Assembly (NCBI GenBank): GCA_963693365.1
Contig: CAVNZM010000004.1
Span: 1,485,449-1,549,448 of the forward strand
DNA from: Amoebidium appalachense
Taxonomy: Eukaryota; Protista; Ichthyosporea
Length of the DNA: 64,000 nt
Direction of reading: 5' to 3'
Below the pieces are notes generated by a model. It did no database searches. It saw only the letters and a program-made list of their open reading frames with translations, and had not been told where the DNA came from. The position numbers and the translations under genes were made by a program. Below, in pieces: positions 54,701 through 64,000 of this stretch; position 1 is the stretch's first letter; every line of letters begins with the position of its first letter.

Positions 54701-56070
54701 ATTTTAAGAAACCCAGCAGGGAGTCCATCAGGTCCACAAGACTTACTAGAGCTATAACTAGATATCACAGACCATATGGCATCGGGACTGAAAAAGGGGA
54801 GGATCGATTCTATGGGGATAGATGGGTCTACAGGCCACACAATAGGTTTCTGAGCGGGGGTCCTATCTTTAAACAGTTCCGAGAAATACTTATCAGAGTC
54901 TATGAGGGGGTCTCCAGTGGTATCACCAATAATACGAGCAGGGGGGCCAAATCGATTCATACTAGCAAGCCGGCGCAAGCTTTCCTTTTGAGACAGGGGT
55001 TCACCTAGTCTAGCGGGAGTGGTGTTTGGTAACAAGAGAGCATCGGGATATTCCTTCCTACCACCGCCAGCATAATCACCGAGATCTATCAAATCATCAA
55101 CAATAAAGTTAGTGCATGTATCTAGTACGAGATGTGAATCTGGCCTGGCTTGTGCAGATTCTAATAGGCGCATATATATAGGGTGTTTCGTAGCATAGCA
55201 TACACATACATCAACTCTACCCCACTGTGACTTAAGCTGGGATAGACGGAGGCGAAAGGTGGGAGGGGGAGGGGGGAGCAGATCAAGGGAGATCTTAGGT
55301 AGGAAAAGGATAGGAGAGTGGTCAGATGACCTAGAGAGGTTAGGAGGGAGAGAGAGTTTTGACATGGTTGATGGCCAAAAGGCCACTCCCCAGTCGGTGT
55401 TGTGGGCATGGGATATTTGAGGGAACCGCAAAGTGTGACTTTGGACATACCTTGCTAAAGGGATAGCACGCTCCGGGGGCTTAGATGGGTACCCGACACT
55501 CACTTGCAGTGTGTCTGTGTGGTGGAGTCGCGTGTTAAAATCACCTAAAATAACAGTGGACATTGGTAACTGTGACAACTTGTGAGTCAATTCGACAACC
55601 GACATAGATGGTGGGTAATATACAAAAGTAAAAACATTAGAAAGAAACTCTATAGAAACCGAGAATTCCGTTTTTGCTACCGGTTTGCACTTCACTCTCA
55701 CGTGTGGTGCGGCAAGTACAATAATGCCTCGGTTTTTCGCGTAACCGGGGTGTGTGGATGTGTCGACCAGTGTAGAGTTGAATTTGTGGTGGTTTTTAAA
55801 CTGTGTTTCGCAAATCACTGTAAACGTGTGGTTGTTTGTCTGTTGTTGTATGTAGCTGATTTTATCGTCGAGTGTCCCGGGGGGAGGCCCTTTTGGGGGC
55901 CCAGTGTCCGAGCATTCCAGAAGAAGAAGGATAAATTAGGCATCGGTTTGGTCCGACACCTGTGGGGTTGGTTCCCACTTGTCGCTTACGGGGTCGTATG
56001 CACGACCTTCCGCCAGCGCGAACAGTTCGCAGAAGAGCTCGATTTCCATCTCGCATCGGCGTTTGCGCTC
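51459..56070 (-). mobile_element. LINE copy C: young, 5'-truncated within the end of ORF1; ORF2 interrupted by a solo LTR
   Basis: Near-identical to copy A (identical 282-aa C-terminal ORF; 745-aa APE-RT ORF 53581-55818); 1-nt homopolymer difference near 55880. Confidence 0.92.
52672..53596. mobile_element. Solo LTR, 925 bp
   Basis: Ends TGTT...AACA; perfect 5-bp TSD AAGGG (52667-52671 and 53597-53601); absent from copies A and B; AATAAA at ~53446 and ~53583; no ORF. Confidence 0.88.
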
Positions 56071-57276
56071 AACAAAAAGGGGCTAAGCAAAGAACCCTGC
56101 AAGAGACCTCTAGTACGAGCAAAACCATATGAAAGATGTCCATTAACCACAGCTCTACCATAGGTTTGAGACAAGATCTAGAGTGCGTCTAACAGAACAC
56201 CAATGCAGTGTGGTACACCCCGTGCAGCAAGCCTTTCCCATAGGAGACCAGGGGAGACAGAATCGTAAGCAGTTTTCCAATCAATAAAGCCAACATATCG
56301 TGCACCAACTTGCATAGAAACGTGCAGTGCCATTATTTGAACATAACATGAATTGTTCTTACGAAAAGCAACTTCCAAGCCTCGGAAACAATACTGTAGT
56401 TTCGAAGCTTCAGCCTAAGACTCCAAAAAAAGGCTACTAGTTGAAACTCAGGCTATGCTACCCTAGTGGTGCACGAAAAGCCAATCAAAATATCGGGTGA
56501 GTCAGGTCCTGAAGGGTTGAAAAAAATGGCGACGCCTGGAGGTTTAGAAATTTTTCTATGTTTACTTTCGGGAGATCTTTAATAAATTGAGAAATAGGGG
56601 AAATGTGCTGTTGAATATATTCAGAACAAGACCCCTTGAAAGCGCCAAGCCAGGAGAACCTTCACCCAATGAGCATGAAAATACCAACACTGCGAGAAAG
56701 CATTTTTTTATGGGGATTGGAGTGGGAAAGGCGGTCTGTTTTACTCGGCCGCGATATTTGGAAATACCCGTAGATTTCTCCATTGCCGGAACAGTTTAGC
56801 GCAAAGCATATTACACTCTGTCAATTTAACAACGCCAATTGATTGTGCATTCCTTTCTCAAGATCTCTGTTATTGAGGCAGAGGCAGGCTCGACAGCTTG
56901 AAGATTCGTCCCTCCTTTTTTTACAGGGTAGTGAGTTTACATGTTTGAATTGCGTTGGGTTCATGTAACTCGTTTTGTGGGTCTGGACTAGCAATAACTG
57001 ATAGTTTCACGTGCTAAGAAGTGACTCTATTCTTCCCTATTCTTCCCTCTCCTCACATCCTTTGTTGGCCACTCATTGATTTACCCACACGTTTTAAACC
57101 AACTTACCATAGAAATGTCTCTGGAGTTTTAATGAGTAATTCTACCTCGCTGTTCTATATATAAAAAAAAACCTCGCACGCACATTATGCGCGTGTTAGC
57201 CTTTAGTGCAGGACAGCACTAATAGAGTGGCGAGTGTACCGATAGGGTCACTCAATCCAGTAGCCTTTTCCTCAAA

Positions 57277-58254
57277 ATGGCATACTACTCGCACACTGTT
57301 TACAGCCAACCCACCATCCCATCCATAAACACCGGTGCCGGTTTGTTTTCATTGGGGTCGTTTGGTTCTCTGTTCAACACCACCAATACAGAACCAGTTA
57401 AGCCGATAAATACCACAAAGAAAATGGGTAATTCCTCCTCTGTTACTCCCGTTGAGCAGCCGCCGAATGCGGCTGAAACCGGTGAGGAACATGTGCGTGA
57501 GGAAACAGAAAAGACAACGCCGGATATTGTGATAGACGATGCACACAACGCACCAGCAGACGGGTTGGGGCAGGAAAGTGAGGAAAACGAACTCGGTGAT
57601 ACAACTTCTGAGAATGAAAGCAAAACGAGTGTGCGAGAATTAGACGAAGAGAAGGCGGAAGAAGACACGACTGATACACGAAAAAACAGAAAAGAAGCCG
57701 ACGACACACAGCACGAGACCTTTAAAAAACAACGCTCTCGGTCATACAGTGAAGTAGACGATTTGGAAAAATCGGCGAAGAATGATGCGCTCAGCACCGC
57801 TCAATCGACCATACACAACACACAGAGCACCACCGCTCTTGATTGGTTGCTAAATGGGTTCAGGAAAGAGCCATCTACTGGGTCTACCAGCAGTCTAGAC
57901 AAAGAGGACACAGCAGCAAAGGCACCTGCTCCAAAGTCTCTCTGGCCATTTTTTGCACCAGCCCCACCTCCCCCCCCTTCGGAGGAGGAGAAGGAGGAGT
58001 TGGAACGTTTAGAGGCGGCTATAGGAGACATGGATGTTCCTTGGGGCCTGAACAGAGGGGGTGAGGATGCTTGGACGGCAGAGATGAAACAGCAGGGGGG
58101 TATCAAGCACCCGCGACATGACAAGATAATTGGCTACCACAGCCTCCCGCCGCCTTTTTCGCCCAAGCAGTTCACCTCACCAACTTCAGATACGATCGGT
58201 TCCCCACGAGAGATGGGTGGTGGGAATGAAGGGATGGCCCTTGGCTATCGATAG
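57277..58254 (+). CDS. Hypothetical acidic, low-complexity protein, 325 aa, intronless
   Basis: Long non-microsatellite ORF with AAAATGG start context; internal MGNSSS resembles an N-myristoylation start; no recognisable domain. Confidence 0.6.
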   Translation: MAYYSHTVYSQPTIPSINTGAGLFSLGSFGSLFNTTNTEPVKPINTTKKMGNSSSVTPVEQPPNAAETGEEHVREETEKTTPDIVIDDAHNAPADGLGQESEENELGDTTSENESKTSVRELDEEKAEEDTTDTRKNRKEADDTQHETFKKQRSRSYSEVDDLEKSAKNDALSTAQSTIHNTQSTTALDWLLNGFRKEPSTGSTSSLDKEDTAAKAPAPKSLWPFFAPAPPPPPSEEEKEELERLEAAIGDMDVPWGLNRGGEDAWTAEMKQQGGIKHPRHDKIIGYHSLPPPFSPKQFTSPTSDTIGSPREMGGGNEGMALGYR

Positions 58255-58371
58255 TATTTTTTGTAGACACTATTGGTTGTTGTAGGTAGTTTAGACACGG
58301 CAGCTATGCGCAGTGGTTGTATGTCATAACGTATAATTTTTTTTTTTAGATGTGGGGGGGTGGGGAGGTGG

Positions 58372-58408
<37 letters not shown>

Positions 58409-59170
58409 GGGGGAGGGGGAGGGGGGAGGGGGGGAACTTCATTACCAACCAATGCCCTGTAACTGCAAAGAACTCGCTACCTTCCGTAATTAAAGCTTGT
58501 AGAAATAGCATGCCTGTGGCCTACTCTTCAGGGTGGGTGTACAAGCCCTCTTATAAACAGGACCTTACTCTCTCGGTTCTGTTCGCCTTTTTGTGTTGTA
58601 AACAAAGACAATCTTGGAAATGGTGCAAAAAGGATGACGACGGGGAAACTTTGGCTGTTGTACAATAGTAAGGTGCCTGGTTTCACAATCACAAATTATG
58701 GCACCACTTTTGAGATTTTCAGCTTTGGGTTGGTATACCGTACCATTTCCATGGCAACATTGCCACTTCCCGGTCCTGAGTGTGCATGTGCATGGTTCAA
58801 TCTATCTAGTCCGTGGCACTTTGCTTGCTTTATGCACTCACTTTGTCGCAGTTCTAGAGTGTGCTCGGATATTACCCGTTGCATGTCCAGACGTAGTAGG
58901 ATGTGTATGCGTGTTTGCTCTTGAGTGTATGCGTGTTTGCTCTGTGTGTTGATTCGAAGTATGCCCATTACCCCCTTCCCTCCCCTCCTCCCAAACCTCC
59001 TCCCCCTAGGATCTCCCTCTCCCCCGCCCCAACTCCCCACCCTCCCCCTCCCCCGCTCCCCCCTCCCCCACCTTCCCCCCCGGGCTCTTCATTGCAAAAG
59101 CTGCACTACCGGTTGTCCCTCGTGTGTACTTTCGTACCACTGTGATGCACATTCATAACTACCCCATCCC

Positions 59171-59206
<36 letters not shown>

Positions 59207-59396
59207 GTGAATGGTAATCGGGTACTGTTGATTCCTTGCTCCTCCCCCCCCTCCTCCCCACTTCCCCTCTTCCTCCCCTCCTCCCCTGCTGAGGAGGGGC
59301 TCTGTTGATGCACAATGATGTGCGCTCTGCAATCTGCATTGTGTGGTTCGTCAGGAATGAGGTGCACTTCGTACTCCATAATGCCTTCTACCCCTC

Positions 59397-59460
<64 letters not shown>

Positions 59461-60160
59461 CTCCTCCCCGCCTCCGTCCAACGGTTCCTAGGACCCCCCA
59501 AAAAAAACAGAAAAACGAGGTTCTTCCCTGGTTTCCCAGCTCGAGATCTTCCCCGTCCTCAGCCTTCACCCCCCGACCCCTCCTCCTCCACTGCCCCTCC
59601 GGCCTCATCATCGTGGAACTTCAGCACAGCATGTTTACAACAGTGTGATTACACTTAGGCCTACTAGTACTTCCAGTTCCATCGCCAGTGAATAAAACCC
59701 AGTCAAAAATAATAATAAAAGAGTAACACGCATGAGTTGTGTGAGCCACACCTCGGCGATCCTCAAGATGTGATTACGTGATTCCCTCTACTGTACATGT
59801 AGCCCTGGCACGTACTGATGGTGCCTGGGCTGCTTTGAACTTCACGTTCGCCTCAAACTCTATTTTTCCTTACACTCTCGCGACCGCGTGCATGCTTTCT
59901 CTCGCGGCGGCTCTACGGTCTCGTTCGCTGTGTGTGTAAGGAAAAATACGAGTCACCTCAGTAGGTGACAGCATGTAGCCGTGACTCACAGGCAACAGGC
60001 AATTCGCCCCAACCGAGCCAACCCCATCTATTCATGAACTCCCCACCCACTCAGTCTCCCCGCCTTTGTAGGGCCCGTTTATGTATAAGACTATATTACT
60101 AAGCGAAACACTGAAAAGTAGGCTGCAATCTGTTACAAAAGACACACAACCATCGAGAAA

Positions 60161-63674
<3,514 letters not shown>

Positions 63675-64000
63675 GTACCTCCCCCCTCCCCCTGCCCTCC
63701 CCGATGCTTATTATGCATACTCTATGTGTGTGGTTTGCTTGTACCTGATGTTGTTTTGTTGTCAAAAGTGCCCTCTCTTGTGGTATGTAACACCTGAAAC
63801 CTGTCGCTATGTGCACGACCTCCTCCTCCCCCTTCCCCCCCTCTCATTTCCTCGTCCTCTTCCTCCTTCTCATGTCTTCACACAGTCAGCATGTTACACT
63901 GGGCATCGATTGCCTGTTTGTGTGTGTGTGTGGAAGGGGAAGGGAAACTGGGGAAGAAGAATGCTACCTTGCAGAGGCAGGGGAAAGGGTGTGTTCACCT

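Larger units (their letters stand above)
49494..56369 (-). mobile_element. LINE copy B: older, 5'-truncated, degenerate; own sequence 49494-51458 plus 56071-56369, split by copy C
   Basis: Homologous to the 3' half of copy A with substitutions, small indels and a ~40-bp deletion over YADD (~51370). (C)AACTT occurs at both ends (49488-49493 and 56369-56374). The halves rejoin exactly as ...GGTTA|AACAAAAAGGGG. Confidence 0.88.

Noticed and set aside
56071-56369. Independent RT fragment or template jump at the 5' end of copy C
   Set aside because: It is the exact continuation of copy B from 51458 and carries copy B's TSD

Overview
Eukaryotic, intron-rich, microsatellite-rich DNA: (CA)n, (GA)n and poly-G/C tracts explain most of the ORF track. 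The organism is plausibly a unicellular opisthokont/holozoan; this is inference from gene content only. Host genes reconstructed by hand from splice sites: UBA5 (5' part, minus), an intronless membrane fatty-acid desaturase, mitochondrial ATP synthase delta (5 exons), a ~22-exon LIM-LIM-DH-PH RhoGEF, a possible F-box gene, an intronless secreted GGAI/FxxN beta-helix protein, a low-complexity hypothetical protein and a gene with a midnolin-like Ubl domain. Mobile DNA is abundant. A full-length APE-RT LINE (12472-17437, 11-bp TSD) is accompanied by a nest at 49.5-56.4 kb: a young copy of the LINE inside an older copy, a solo LTR inside the young copy and a poly(A) insert in the old copy. A Tc1/mariner-type MITE and a hAT-type MITE are also present. 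The most unusual signal is that all three LINE copies lack a terminal poly(A) and end in the same ~195-nt, predicted pseudoknotted tail finishing in GTAAACCCC. Two unexplained short repeat families were also found: a ~65-bp G-tract-linked unit and a ~90-bp double-hairpin poly(A) unit.
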